Positions 12,561 through 24,699 of a stretch of DNA of 64,000 nt are shown in pieces. Positions within the stretch are counted from its first letter, which is position 1. The number at the start of each line of letters is the position of its first letter. The DNA is from Vicugna vicugna (taxonomy: Eukaryota): contig MU062380.1 in NCBI GenBank assembly GCA_013265495.1, positions 4,155,540-4,219,539 on the forward strand. Direction: 5' to 3'. Below the pieces are notes generated by a model. It did not search any database, was not told where the DNA came from, and saw only the letters and a list, made by a program, of their open reading frames with translations. The translations under genes were made by a program, and so were the position numbers.

Positions 12561-13456
12561 AGATGAAAGAACTTGCTCCTGATCACACAGCTGGTAAGTG
12601 GAGAAGCTGAGATTCAAATCCAGGTTTGGGTGACCACAGAGTCTGAGCTTCGGGCTCCATCTCACACTGCAACAGGCCTTCTAGTACCAGGAAGTTATGG
12701 ACACAAAGATCAAACACTAGACACCAGCTTATCAGAAGATCAGTTAGAATTGGAGTGGTCATATAATTTCCCGTCCAAACCAGCATACTTCTGTGCTGAA
12801 CACGATAAACTAGACAGGGTCCCAGGATAATAAATCAGGAAGTCAAGATGCCAATAGCACAGGGAAGGAGGATGGTTCAGCTGTAATGTATTTCAGAGAT
12901 TCTGACACCCTGTTCTCCCACATCAATATCTTTTACAATCGTTGGCATCTTAGCTTCAATGAAATGCAGTGGTCAGGAACCATGGTGAACAGTTTGGTAT
13001 ATGTATAGGCCAGAAGGTGGGGTTCAGTATTTCTCATGGACTCTGACCTAGGAAGACTGCCAGAGTGGGAGACACACAGGACAGGCACCAAGGAGGGGGA
13101 CATGTATGCAGAATGGAGGAGTCCGAAAGGTACCCCCAAATGCTACTCTAGAGAGAACCCACACTGGAAGGCAGACTTCCATGGCGGGATGGGGAGGAAC
13201 TAGGATTGGTATACAGACAGTAAAGTAAGATGCCCCCAAGTTCTCATCTGTAGAGCAAAGTGTTCTGAAAAGTTCTGGTTCTATCTAATACCAGTTGCTG
13301 CTGCCCCCCACCTCTCCCATCCCATGACATTCTTGCCTCAGTTCTTCAGCTCACACCTCGGCTACCATGCTGGACTGGACACTATCCAAGCTGGAGCCCT
13401 GGACTCAGCCGGGCAGCACACTGGCAGAGCTGAGCCTTGTGTTTCCCCCTACTCAC

Positions 13457-13546
13457 CACAGTATGGAGCCTTGGAAGTGGTCTGGAGGTAGACCTTCACT
13501 TCCTTGGGAAGTGGTTCTATCTTGACACCACCTTGTTCCACCAGCC
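13457..13546 (-). CDS. PLA1A: PLA1A coding exon 8
   Basis: Encodes GLVEQGGVKIEPLPKEVKVYLQTTSKAPYC; ttctag| and |GTGAGT; 90 nt. Confidence 0.97.
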
Positions 13547-14915
13547 CTAGAAAGAAAGATGCAAAGACAGCAGAGCCCTGAGGCCACATATTGATTAACT
13601 CCTGCACCCATTCATTCCACAGACAACTCCACTGTATTGCTTGTGATGTGCTATGCCCTATAGTGAGTCCTGGGATACATGCAACTCTGTCCAGATGGGG
13701 GTAAATAAACAAGTATACAGCAAATACATTCTTTACATTATCTGGCCCATTCCCAGGAGGTTATTTGTCACAAATCTGAAACGATGTCTCCATCTTGCAA
13801 AACAATCTATATGACAATTGTTTTAATGGCATCTGTATCCTGTGCACTGGAGCACGGGGAAGTATTTGGCTTGAAGAACAGGGGTTGACAAGTTGGAGAA
13901 AGGCATTCCAGGCAGAGAGTACAGTTTGGGTAGAGGCACAAAGAGTGAGGAAACATGAATACTCTAGGCAGTTTGAGTAGTTAGCGTTCCTGGGGTGTCT
14001 GGAGAAAAGAGAAAGTGTAGTGAGAGATGAGGCTGGACAGACAGTGTGAAGTGATTGTTACACCATCTGGTCCATCACATTTGTGGGAAATAGTGACATA
14101 TGCCCGATAAGTAGGAAGTAAATGTTGATTTGCTTTATTATGGGAAACTACCTCTACCTTAACATGTTGTCAAGCTGATATTCATTTCATTCATATAAGC
14201 AATGACAGGCTGCTGCAGTGCTGACTGGCAGCCAGGAGTGGGAAGTGGGAGAGCAAAGAAGAAGGAACCATTTACATACACTACCAAAGAGTTTTTTCTG
14301 GAGCCCTTAAGGCTAGATGACCTCAGGATATTCACAGCAATGATCCGCACAGGGTGAGTTGAGGCCAAATCCCTCAGCCTTCCCAATCCCTTCTCCTCAG
14401 ACTGGATCATCCAGGAATGTGCCCAGACCAATCAACAATTAGTAACTCTTCCAGTTGGCATGCGGCCTCATGCCTGTAAGGTGGGCCACGGGTGCCAGTC
14501 TTGGGGATTCCCCTGCAGCCCCTTGATTTAGAGTCCATCAGGAATTGTAGAGTGGCTAGCCTAGCAAGGAAGACTTATGGCAAGTATCTGGTCTGAGATT
14601 GGGTGCAGGGGCTCTGGACTATACCAATGCTTCTAGAGAGCATCCTGAGGCTGGACTTGCAGGCCTGAGGCTGTGTGTGTGTGTGAAGGGTGTGTGCAGA
14701 GCGAGTATGGCATCAGGTTGCTGTACAGAGGGCAAGGCGTGGGACACAGAGAGCTAAATGCCACCTTACAGATGAGAACAGGCTGAACAACTCATTGCTT
14801 AAATTTTAACCCAACTTGGATAGACTTTTTAATCACAGGATATCAGGACTTAAAGAGGTGACAAGACTTGAACTTTTCCCAAATTGTCAAAGGAAGCCAA
14901 AGGGGTAGCATTTAC

Positions 14916-15083
14916 CAATCCTTGGACAGGAAAGCAGAAAAGGGTTGAAACAATCCAGACAGTGTCCAGCAAGGAAGGCCTTATAGCTGGTACAAGGGAA
15001 GGCCATCAGTGGACAGGAATTCTCCAGTGCGCTGATGTAGAGGTGCACAGCCCTCATGTGATCACAGATCAAATAACTGTAGC
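14916..15083 (-). CDS. PLA1A: PLA1A coding exon 7 (catalytic His260, end of the 12-residue lid)
   Basis: Encodes GYSYLICDHMRAVHLYISALENSCPLMAFPCTSYKAFLAGHCLDCFNPFLLSCPRI; tcttcag| and |GTAAAT; 168 nt. Confidence 0.98.
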
Positions 15084-16808
15084 CTGAAGAGGGCGAAAAA
15101 ACACAACCAAGGTTTCGGTTCAAGACAAATGGAAACTCCCTCCATGTCACTTACTGTAACTCTATTGAATTTTATATTCCAACAGGCTATAAATACATGG
15201 GATGTCCCCTGAGCCACATTTAAAAAAAAAATGAATGAACATGGTTACAACACTCTCCCTTTTCCTTTTAATTTTCCTGGGATAACTAAGTTTAATCTAC
15301 CAAGAAAATTGCTTAATTTGAGACCCATTCTTCCATGATCATGTAAGCTCTCTTTCAGAAAATGGGAGCATACAGAGAGCTGGCAATCCTGACCCCACTT
15401 CTCAACATGGGTATCTGTCTGCACACTTTTACCTTCTTCAGCATCACCCACACAACCAATTTTTTAAAACCTCATTCTACCCAACCTAGCAACAAGACAA
15501 TCAAGAGAGTCAGCAGCAGTTCACGGTCCATCTCTGAAAGCCAGTGTGCTGAGGTCCACCTTGCCAAATAACTGAAACACTGAATTTGACAAATGTCCCA
15601 ATTTAACAAACATTTGGTTTTCTTGTTATTGTTGACTAATTTAAAATTTCTAAAAATTCACCTTGGATGAATTTCCCAGGGCTAAGAGGTCTATAGTGAG
15701 CCATAACTCCAAGGAAGAGTCTTCAGACTCTTCCATCACCTTGAGACCCCCTCTCTGGGACCAGCAACCAAGTCTAAGCTTTGTGTTGACTTTCCTTTCC
15801 CCCATGGTTGGACACACTCTACAGTCAACCTCCTACTAGCTGCAACAGGGAGCTGGGAAACACAAACTAAACCCTTCTCAAATTGTGTTATGAAGAAAAA
15901 ATGAAAAGTGGGCAACTAAAATGTCACAGAAATTTTCAAGAGCCATTAAAACAAAACAAAACCATCTCATCTGATCAGAATTGCTGAAAAATTTATAAAC
16001 TGTTAAAAGAAACATGTTTTTGGAAAATCAGTAAATTTCGTAACTTGGATTAGTGGATACTCAACAAAATTGTCAAAAGAATCCTTAATGTGTTAAAATT
16101 TTGGTAAAGCAGGAAAAGACTAAAAACACAGTAAATAGAAATCAAGATAAAATTCCTGTATGAAATGTTGATAGGCTGGTTATAGTCATAAGAAAACTAA
16201 ATAACTTTAGTGCTTAGCTTTTGATAAATTTAATATTATTTAAAATTAGGCCAAGAAGAATATAGTCAATGAATATATCAGAAAAGGACATTCCAGAAGA
16301 ATGTATTTAAAATAGAAGAAATATATATTCATTGAATGTATTCAGGAAGATTATCCTGAAAACAATTTTGTGGAACTTAAATTCAGTAAGTTTGGGGAAA
16401 TAGTGAGGTAGGAATTGATCCTTCAGGTAGCTAGCTTTCGCGTATCAGTCTGCTTCTGCCATAGCGAGGGTCTTCAGAGGATGTAGCTAGTGTGAACTAC
16501 GCCACAAAGGATGGCCGAGGAAGAGTAGTAGTTCTTGGCTTGAGTGATGTTAGATCACAGCAGGGCCTAAGAAGTGGGAAGGGCAGCCTAAATGTGGAGC
16601 AGGCTCTTCATTTCAAGCACTCCTCCCCCAGAATTCCTGGGCTCTAAAGACATCCATTCAGTAAGTGCTGAGTAAGTCTGATGGGATAGAGAAAAGGACA
16701 CTGTAAGGAAGGCTCACAGTGGCCCACATTGGCTGACTCAACAGGAAGGCTGTTGGTAAACTACAGTCTCTGAGGTAGTCAAACACCAACTCTTTCTGGC
16801 CTCCTGAC

Positions 16809-16898
16809 CTGCATGAATGAAGATGGGACAGCCAGGTTGGTCTTGGCCTCCGTTGACGAAGTAGTCCACATGTCCGACAGGAATCCGAATACCCAAAT
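16809..16898 (-). CDS. PLA1A: PLA1A coding exon 6
   Basis: Encodes [30 protein letters not shown]; ctttcag| and |GTCAGG; 90 nt. Confidence 0.97.
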
Positions 16899-17489
16899 CT
16901 GAAAGGAGAACCCTGTTACCCTCTCACTGCAGGGGCCCATTTTCCAGGTCCCACAGCAGGGCTCACTGGTAGCAGAGCCTGAAGGCTGACCTTGGGGGCC
17001 CACCCCCTCTCTGTGCTGAATGGGTGCTCACTTCACTCCTAAGTGCTGGGAGACTGCAGAATGAGCCCTCAGATTGTTTTCAAAAGGGGTTTTGTCATGC
17101 TGAAAGGAATAGAAGAATAAATTCGTAAGAAGATACTCATTTGCCTAATAAAATCAAGAAAAATATCCTTAACATAAGTTTTATGAATCAGTAAATGTTA
17201 TAAGCTTAGTAAATTTCCTTGTTGAATAGTTTCTATTTTGCTTCAAGCAACAGTTCAGATATGTATGTCTGAGGTCACATTTATAGTCTCTCACACATTT
17301 TTGTATTTTTCTGACTGAGCAGAAATATAATCTGGCTATAAAGAGATGACTTTGAGAGACTGTAGATCTTATCTCATCATTGTAACCATATCTGACCCTC
17401 AGACTGGGTCAGATTCAGCTGCCAAAGACCTTGATTTCTTCCTTCACATTATCTGTCACTATTGTAAGCAACTGATTATGTATTATTTG

Positions 17490-18320
17490 TTTAATGTCAT
17501 CTGTCCTGGGGTTAAGCAATAATCCATCCTTGCCCAGCACCTGTCCCATCAGCTCTACCTCCAAAATACATTTTGAATCCTTCTACTTCTCTCTGTCTCT
17601 CCTGCCACCATCTTTGCCTAAGCCACTATCATCTCTTACTCAGGCCATCAATCACCCTCTAACGAGCCTCCAGTCTTCCCTTAGTGCCCACCTGCAGTCC
17701 ATTCTCTGCACACCAAGCCACAGTAATCTTTTAAGGATATCCAAATTGCCACCAAGTTCTCACTGATTGTAAAATAAAATTTAAACTCCTTGCCGTGGCC
17801 AGCCTGGTCCTGCTTGCTTTTCTCTAACCTATTCAGTACATTACTCACTGCACTCTAACCACATGGTTCTCTTTCCTGCCCCACTCACAGCAAAGGGCTT
17901 TTGTTTTGCTGTCTTCTCCACCTAGAATGTTCATCTCCCAGCTCTTCCCAGTGCTGACTCATTCTCATTCGCAGTCTCACTTCCCACCTCCTTGGAGACA
18001 CCTCCCTCAATAATCTTAATTGAAGTAAACCTCGCACCCCATGCCAAGTCACCCTTTGCCAATATCCCTCATTACCATAATCACAGAGTGGAATTGTTTA
18101 CTTGTATATAGGCTCCACCACAACAGGGCCTTTACCTGTCCTTTTTCTGCTCTATCCCCAACACCAGCATAGTACCCAGCAAATGTAAGTGCCAAATGCA
18201 TATTTATTGAATGAATAAGTGAATGAACGCTTGCTCAATTAGCCTGTAAGTTCCACAAGGGCAGAGATCTTATTTGGTGTCTTTTGCATTACATTATTCT
18301 CAGTGCCTGCTACATAGCTC
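17490..18320 (+). mobile_element. L2 remnants in PLA1A intron 5
   Basis: CTACCTCCAAAATACA..TCC..CTACTTCTC and AGCATAGTACC...ATATTTATTGAATGAAT tail. Further L2 remnants at about 13620-14100, 21600-21960, 25200-25990, 38180-38990, 39780-40260, 51300-51600 and 62300-62600. Confidence 0.6.
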
Positions 18321-19349
18321 AATAAAGACCAACTGAATAAATGGAATGATTTTTTAAAAAATCACATTAGGAAGAGGCTCCAACTTTGAAGGGGACTGAG
18401 AGGGCCTGCTCAGGTAAATGGGACCAATGAGTCATCTATTTAGCAAATTCAGGAACAGAAGGATTAACCTTGTCAATTAACATGGTTAATTAACCTAATA
18501 GCTAAGCAGAGGACTATGGGCTTTGGTTTCCTATCTGTGAAATAAAAGTAGGAAAGAGGGTTGAATAACATGACGGCATGAACTTACTCCAGAACCATAA
18601 ATCTGTGAGATCTGGATGCTAAGAGAAAGCTTCTGATCAGATGGAATCAGATATGGCGATCTCTCACTTGAACTGCAAATTCTTCTGGTCAGAGACAGAT
18701 GTAACTTCTCGTACCCAACATGCTGAGCACAAGACCTGGCACCAGATTCTGTGGGTGTTTGACATCCAGTAGAAATGAGGAAGAATGCTCACCCCCTTGT
18801 CCAGTCGATCAGAAGAGCTTAATTTGGTCATGATGGATTCAGAGTTAGGGGTTCTTGCCTTGGCCTGTCACTATTGGAGGAGGCAATTCTCATTCTTCAC
18901 TGGATGAGGGCTGGTTGGCTCATCCCCTGGGGAGGAGGCAAATCCTGACTAGCAGCAGCCTCTGCCCCAGGAGTGGAATGCCCCAATTTGCTGGGGCCAG
19001 GCGTATTTACCCTGAAACAAGCATTACAAATTTCCCGTATGTCTGCCAGGCGAAGCACCCTCCGAGCACTACCTCATCAAGAGGTTCAGTGTTGAATCAG
19101 AAAGAGACTCATGACCAAAAAACAGCTCTGGTCCACAAATGAGAATCCTGCCTGCTGCTGGCTAAAAATGAAATAATTCATCTCGGTCTTCAGAAAACGA
19201 CAGAGCTGGAAGAGACTTTCAAAATCATGCTGGTAAACTCCTCACTGTGCAACAGAAGCTCAGAAGGAAAGGGCCTCTTCCCAGGACCACACAGACAAAT
19301 GTCAGCCTCCGAGGCCCTTCCCTCTGGTCATTCCCCGACCCCTGCTCAC

Positions 19350-19451
19350 TGTCTGTGTCTGTGTGGATGGCTTCCACGAAGAGGGCGTCCCCAGCATCCA
19401 AGCGCTCCTCTAGGCTGGCTCTGGTATACTCCGGTCCAGCAGGGTCCAGGC
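19350..19451 (-). CDS. PLA1A: PLA1A coding exon 5 (catalytic Asp190)
   Basis: Encodes [34 protein letters not shown], the pancreatic-lipase-family signature; cttgcag| and |GTGAGC; 102 nt. Confidence 0.98.
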
Positions 19452-19832
19452 CTGCAAGGACAGACATGTCAGGGGCCTTTCATCTCAGCTGCAGGAACCC
19501 TCATGGGCCCACTGCACACACACCAGCTCTTCCAGTTCAAATTAGAGCCCCAACAAAGACCCAAGGGAGAGAGACATAGCTCAAGACCACCTTTCCCAGG
19601 AAACTCTACTCTATTTCTCTAACTTCTCAGTGACCTAGTTTCTCTGGCTCTAAAATGAACCTGCTAACACCAACCATGTGGTAAGGATTAATGTAATATT
19701 AAGCCTCATGTAGTAATAACAATAGCTATAACTTTTTGAGTAGTCGCTATGTGCCTAGCTTTGTGCTGGGCAGCTTTACACATTCTAGTCCTTACACAAC
19801 ACAGTATAGTAAATATTAGTCTCCCCATGTTT

Positions 19833-20160
19833 TAGCTTAGATCCCTTTCCTTCTTCCTCCCAAAAAGCAGACCCTGAGACAAGGATTTAAAGTGCAAGTA
19901 GCTTATTTGGGAGAAGATCACAGAAAGCATAGCGAGGGAAGTCAGAAAATGGGAGAAAATTTTAATGAACAGATTATCATTTTGGGTCTCATTCCACTGA
20001 GGTCCCTCTGAAGTACTCTGTAGAATATGACTCAGAATTGTCCCACTGAAGTGCCAGGAAGCCAGGGTACTAACCACACAGCTCTAGTCCCTTATTGATT
20101 GAGGGTAGCTCCTGAAGCATAAAGTTCACAGAACCTTGCAAGTATTCAGCAAAACGCAAG
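19833..20160. mobile_element. Old MLT1 (I/J/K-like) LTR remnant
   Basis: AAAGCAGACCCTGAGACAAGGATTTAAAGTGCAAGTAGCTTATTTGGGAG signature. Related remnants lie at about 31790-32160, 39060-39430 (reverse) and 55020-55340. Confidence 0.6.
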
Positions 20161-20446
20161 GTAAATTTCTATAGTGGACCAAGGAGATATGAGCTGTTAC
20201 AACCCATTTTACAGTTGTAGAAACTAATGCTCAGAAATACATGGCCTTTAACACTGACATTAGAGATTATGCAATGATAACAGTACATTTTATCCAAAAG
20301 AGCTACAATAAATAAATTTCAGTGATGATAGATGACTCAGTTACAAGAACAGAGGCCCAACACCTCCCTCTGCCTGCCTCAGCAAAGGCTCTTCCAGGGC
20401 ATTCTCTACTTCCAAACCCAAGAGGATGAGCAGGTAAGAACATTAC

Positions 20447-20555
20447 CTGTGATCCGTCCCAGTTGGCCTTTGTAGAAATGTCCCACCATGCCCGCAACGT
20501 GGGCCCCCAGGCTGACACCAATGATGTGGACTGAGGACTGTGACACACCCAGAGC
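20447..20555 (-). CDS. PLA1A: PLA1A coding exon 4 (nucleophile elbow, catalytic Ser166)
   Basis: Encodes [36 protein letters not shown] with the GxSxG motif; not in the ORF track, read by hand; ttctag| acceptor, |GTAATG donor; 109 nt. Confidence 0.97.
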
Positions 20556-20955
20556 CTAGAACGGGCATTTACAATGAGTTGCATTTGGACCACAGCAGCT
20601 CCTAGCCTTATAAGGGTAACATTTTTTCCTGAGGCACCAGAAGCACAGAGTCCTGGGCACGACACACCAGCCACACATGTTTTGGGAAAAAAGTACAGAA
20701 TCCTCATCCACTTGCCCTCTCCTTGGGCTTCCTACCTTGACAACGCACTCACTTTCCCCTTGGTACCCAAAGTGTGTGAGTGAGGACCACCACCACTCCC
20801 TCTTGAGCAACTAGTTGAGATTTGAACCAAAGACCCACAAGCTATGAGGTAGTTCTGCTTCCATCCTAAAGCTCCCCCTCATGTGTCATTTCTTTCTTTT
20901 TGACCCCTCTTCCCCATAGGCAGCCAGAACTCACCCTAAGCTCTTCTACACCTAC

Positions 20956-21133
20956 CAGGAGTTTACTGAGGAAACGAGAGATCTCGAGTCCCAGCTTAAC
21001 CACATTTTCCACGGCTGAGAAGTAGACACCTGTAGAGCCATAGACCCAGTCCACGGCGACCACATTAGCATCTGTGGCCTGCAGAAGGGTGCCGATGAAT
21101 TTATCAATCCAGGAAGGCTTTGTTCCTAAAGCC
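20956..21133 (-). CDS. PLA1A: PLA1A coding exon 3
   Basis: Encodes ALGTKPSWIDKFIGTLLQATDANVVAVDWVYGSTGVYFSAVENVVKLGLEISRFLSKLL; AG/GT boundaries; 178 nt, in phase with its neighbours. Confidence 0.97.
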
Positions 21134-22818
21134 CTAATGTGGGGCCAAGAAAGGATAGGAAAATTATCTGCCTAGCCTATATCTGTTATTGTGAAAATTA
21201 CAATGACATTTCTATAAACAGGAAAAAATGTCACAAGTGGCAGGGGACAGTGGGGGGCAGGTTATGGGCACTAAATCCTACAGCACTTTGAGCATAAGGA
21301 AGACATAATCGCAAAGTTACCAGAGCTCCTACTTGCACACATGCAGCCTATGAGTAAATTTTAAAAGGATGCCTTTGTTCCAGGTGGATGCAGCCTTGGT
21401 TCAGGCCTCAGAGCTCAGATAAAAGTTCAGCCCCACCAGCCCTCAGTCAGGTACCTCCATGCAATGCATAAACCACACAGACCATATGTACCAACCCTGC
21501 TTGTGCTACTCATGGAATAGAAAAGGTAGCTTTGTACCTTAGAGTTAAGATTTGCGATCTTAATTATCATTCCATAATATAGGCACTTTCCTTGAGGATG
21601 TTTTCATTCACTTGTTTATTCATTCATCCTTTCATTCATTCAACAAGTGGGTCAGGCAGTATGCTAAGTGCTTTGTGAGAAATAAAGAAAAATAAGATAC
21701 ATTCAGAAAGCCTCCCCAAGAGATTGGGAATGGGAAAGAAGTCTTCTCAAAAGCCCAGAGAGCATGCTTGTGGGACAGAGGTGCCCAGACGGGGTGTGTG
21801 CCATGGAATATGGCTTTGGGAGCATCTGGGAGCAGACAGTGGGACGAGGCTCCACTTGCTCTCTCTGGGTTGAGAGTACACACTCAGTCTCAAATAATGC
21901 CCGAATACACAATTTGCCAGAGGAGAGATTTTGGCACAAGAGTGAGAAGGGATGCCTAAGGAAAGATGTGGCTGGGTCCCTGGAGTCAGGGATTTGAGAG
22001 GCAGAGAGAACCCAAAGATGAGAAAACCATGATCCTTTGTGCAGTGCCTCACTGCCCACATCTTCACCGAGTGCTCCCAGCTCCAGCTACTCTAGAGTAC
22101 CACTGTGTCACCCCATGTTCTCCCTGTTTCCTCCCAGCAACCTTTCTCTGTTTCTGGCTTTGTCAGTGGGCTTTGGAGAGAGAAGATGATGGAAGGAAGG
22201 ATGGTGACTGAATTGAGACTCAGGAGACAATATATTACAACAAAATTTGGACTGTAGGGCATCAAAGAAGTTGAAGAAAAGTATATAGCGCCTGAGAAAT
22301 GCTAACCTCTGGCAATGATGGAAACAGTACTCATAAGTGGAAGTTTCTTAGGTCATGAAACCCAGGAAGAAGTGAAGAAGAGGAAATAAAACCCTGGATA
22401 AAAACACCACGATGTTACCCTGAGCGATTGCACAAAACCTGTGACCTCATTGGCTGAGATGAATCATGTAGCCCCCGCTTCAGGGAGGAAAGGATCACTG
22501 AGACCATCTCTACAATCTCCCTTTTACTCAGATATGGAAACCAAGGCTCTGTGTGCTGGAGTGACTTGTCCAGGGTCACACATATTTTCTGTTTGAGAGT
22601 GTGTAGATGAGACTGAGCAGAGGAGTAACATATATGACTAACGAGAAAGAACAACCCAACGTCTGATCATGTTGATGAGAGACATTTTCAAAGTCAGCAG
22701 GAGGTGAGTGACAGGCAATAAATCCATTTCTCCTCTTGTTCCCCACTAACTTCCTATGGCATTGTGGTCATTTTCTAGTTCTCAGCTGAGGTGCTTCTAT
22801 TGGTTGGCTGGCTCCCAC

Positions 22819-23020
22819 CTGAATCCATGGATAACCAGCTTGGTTTCTAGAGTGGCATTGAACCCAGTGTTTTGGATGTCACTACTTTCTTCCACTAGCT
22901 GCCCACAGCTAGGATCTGAAGTGGTGAAGAGGAGAAACTGGACTCTGAGACTGGTGCCTCGGAGGAGATTTGCATTCTGGAAGTCAGTACACTTTGTCTG
23001 TGGGGTAGGAGGTACATCTC
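22819..23020 (-). CDS. PLA1A: PLA1A coding exon 2
   Basis: Encodes DVPPTPQTKCTDFQNANLLRGTSLRVQFLLFTTSDPSCGQLVEESSDIQNTGFNATLETKLVIHGFR (lipase IHGF motif); ttctag| acceptor and |GTGGGA donor; 202 nt. Confidence 0.97.
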
Positions 23021-23284
23021 CTAGAAGAGAAAACAAACAAACAAAAAAATAAAAAACCAAGAAATATCCAAGGTGAAGCCTGTTCTTAAAAGGAAGAAAG
23101 AAAGAAACCGGGGCTTACAGGCATTCATTATAAATTAGCTAGTATAATAATCAGCTCATTTATCAAAGGCATCACTTCTGTAACCAAAATTTGTGAATAT
23201 TTTTCATGTCTAAAGATAAAATACCAGAGCAGAATATGAATATTGCTCAACTGAGAAGATTAAAGGCCATGGTTAAATTAATAT

Positions 23285-23697
23285 TATAATGGGCTAAATT
23301 GAGGTCCCCCTGTAAATTCATGTGTTGAAGTCCTAACCCCCAATAACTCAGAATGTGACTATATTTGGAGACAGGGTCTTTACAGAGTTAATTACATTAA
23401 AATGAAGCCATTAGGGTAGACCCTTATCCACTATGACTGGTGTTCTTACAAGAAGAGGACATTTGGTCACAGCAAGAGAGAAAGATGATGTGAAGCCNNN
23501 NNNNNNNNNNNNNNNNNNNNNNNNNNNNNNNNNNNNNNNNNNNNNNNNNNNNNNNNNNNNNNNNNNNNNNNNNNNNNNNNNNNNNNNNNNNNNNNNNNNN
23601 NNNNNNNNNNNNNNNNNNNNNNNNNNNNNNNNNNNNNNNNNNTTTAAACCAGCCAGTCGCTGGCACTTCGTTATAGCAGCTCTAGCTAAATAATACA
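23285..23697. mobile_element. MLT1 (MaLR) solo LTR containing an N gap
   Basis: GGGCTAAATTG.GTCCCCC..TTCATGTGTTGAAGTCCTAACCCCCA...GTTATAGCAGC..TAATACA. Confidence 0.8.
23498..23642. other. Assembly gap (145 N)
   Basis: N run inside an MLT1 LTR. Confidence 0.95.
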
Positions 23698-24699
23698 GTT
23701 TTCTGAAAAGAACCCTGGGCACTGAAATGAGCAGTTGCCCTGGGGGCTAGGTTCACTCTGGTCTGAACATCCCATTCCCAAGGATTTCAAGGTCCCCATT
23801 TCAGCCTCATCACTTCTTGTCCTTATGAGCAGTCCAGAGCCTTCCAGTGCCCAGCACGTGGCTGCCCAGCCAGGTGGTAGAGAAGAACCTCAATGAGCTT
23901 TATATGCTCTACAGTACCTTCCAACAGATCCCTTGACATTTTATGGTCAAGGTTACCAAGGGGCTTTTTACAATTCTGAACCAAAAAAGGTAACATGAAA
24001 CTCCTGCCTTCCAGGGAGCTGAAAATCTGGCCCATCTTCAATACCAAACAGCCCATTCCCACGTCTACTTCTGTGGTAAAGAAGGGGCACCTGACGGCCA
24101 GCTCATCTTAGAGAGAGAGACCAGCAGGAGCAGCAGGGCACACAGTGACCACAGCACAGGGCTCCAGTCCTGGCGCCGTTAACAGCTACCTCGCATTCCT
24201 GCCATGGAACAAAGCCATGCACAGAATCACAGAAGTTGAGACTACAGACTGATTTGTGCAGTCCTCTTCACAAGGAAGACAGCTATTTCAGGTTTCTGGA
24301 ATGGTTATCTGCCTTCAGAGGTAACTGGGAGGCACATGTATAACAAGCATGTGGATCTGGGGTATACTGGGATGTGATACTGTGAGCAGTTTGTGGGAAC
24401 CCCATTTGGAGAGTGCTGACAGTGATTTCCTCATCTCTGCATCTGAGCCCCAGACCTGGTCCCCAAGTCCCCTTGCATCTCCTTTCTGAGCAGTCAGGTC
24501 TTGGACACCTGTGCGACGAAGTCCACTCTGACAGTGCAGCCTTCAGGCTCCTTGGCCTGTAGCAGCTTGAGCTCCCACAGGACACAAGAGAGGAAGACGC
24601 CTAATTTGCCTGCTCTGATCTTTGTTTTTTTTTAAGAAATGATGAAAAGACTCTGCTTGAGATGAGACTTGAATCACATACATGAATTAATCTGCTTTT

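Noticed and set aside
20495-20510. GAHVAG instead of recalled human GAHVGG after the catalytic Ser
   Set aside because: Ala at this position is common in related lipases (LPL, endothelial lipase), so it is a conservative change.
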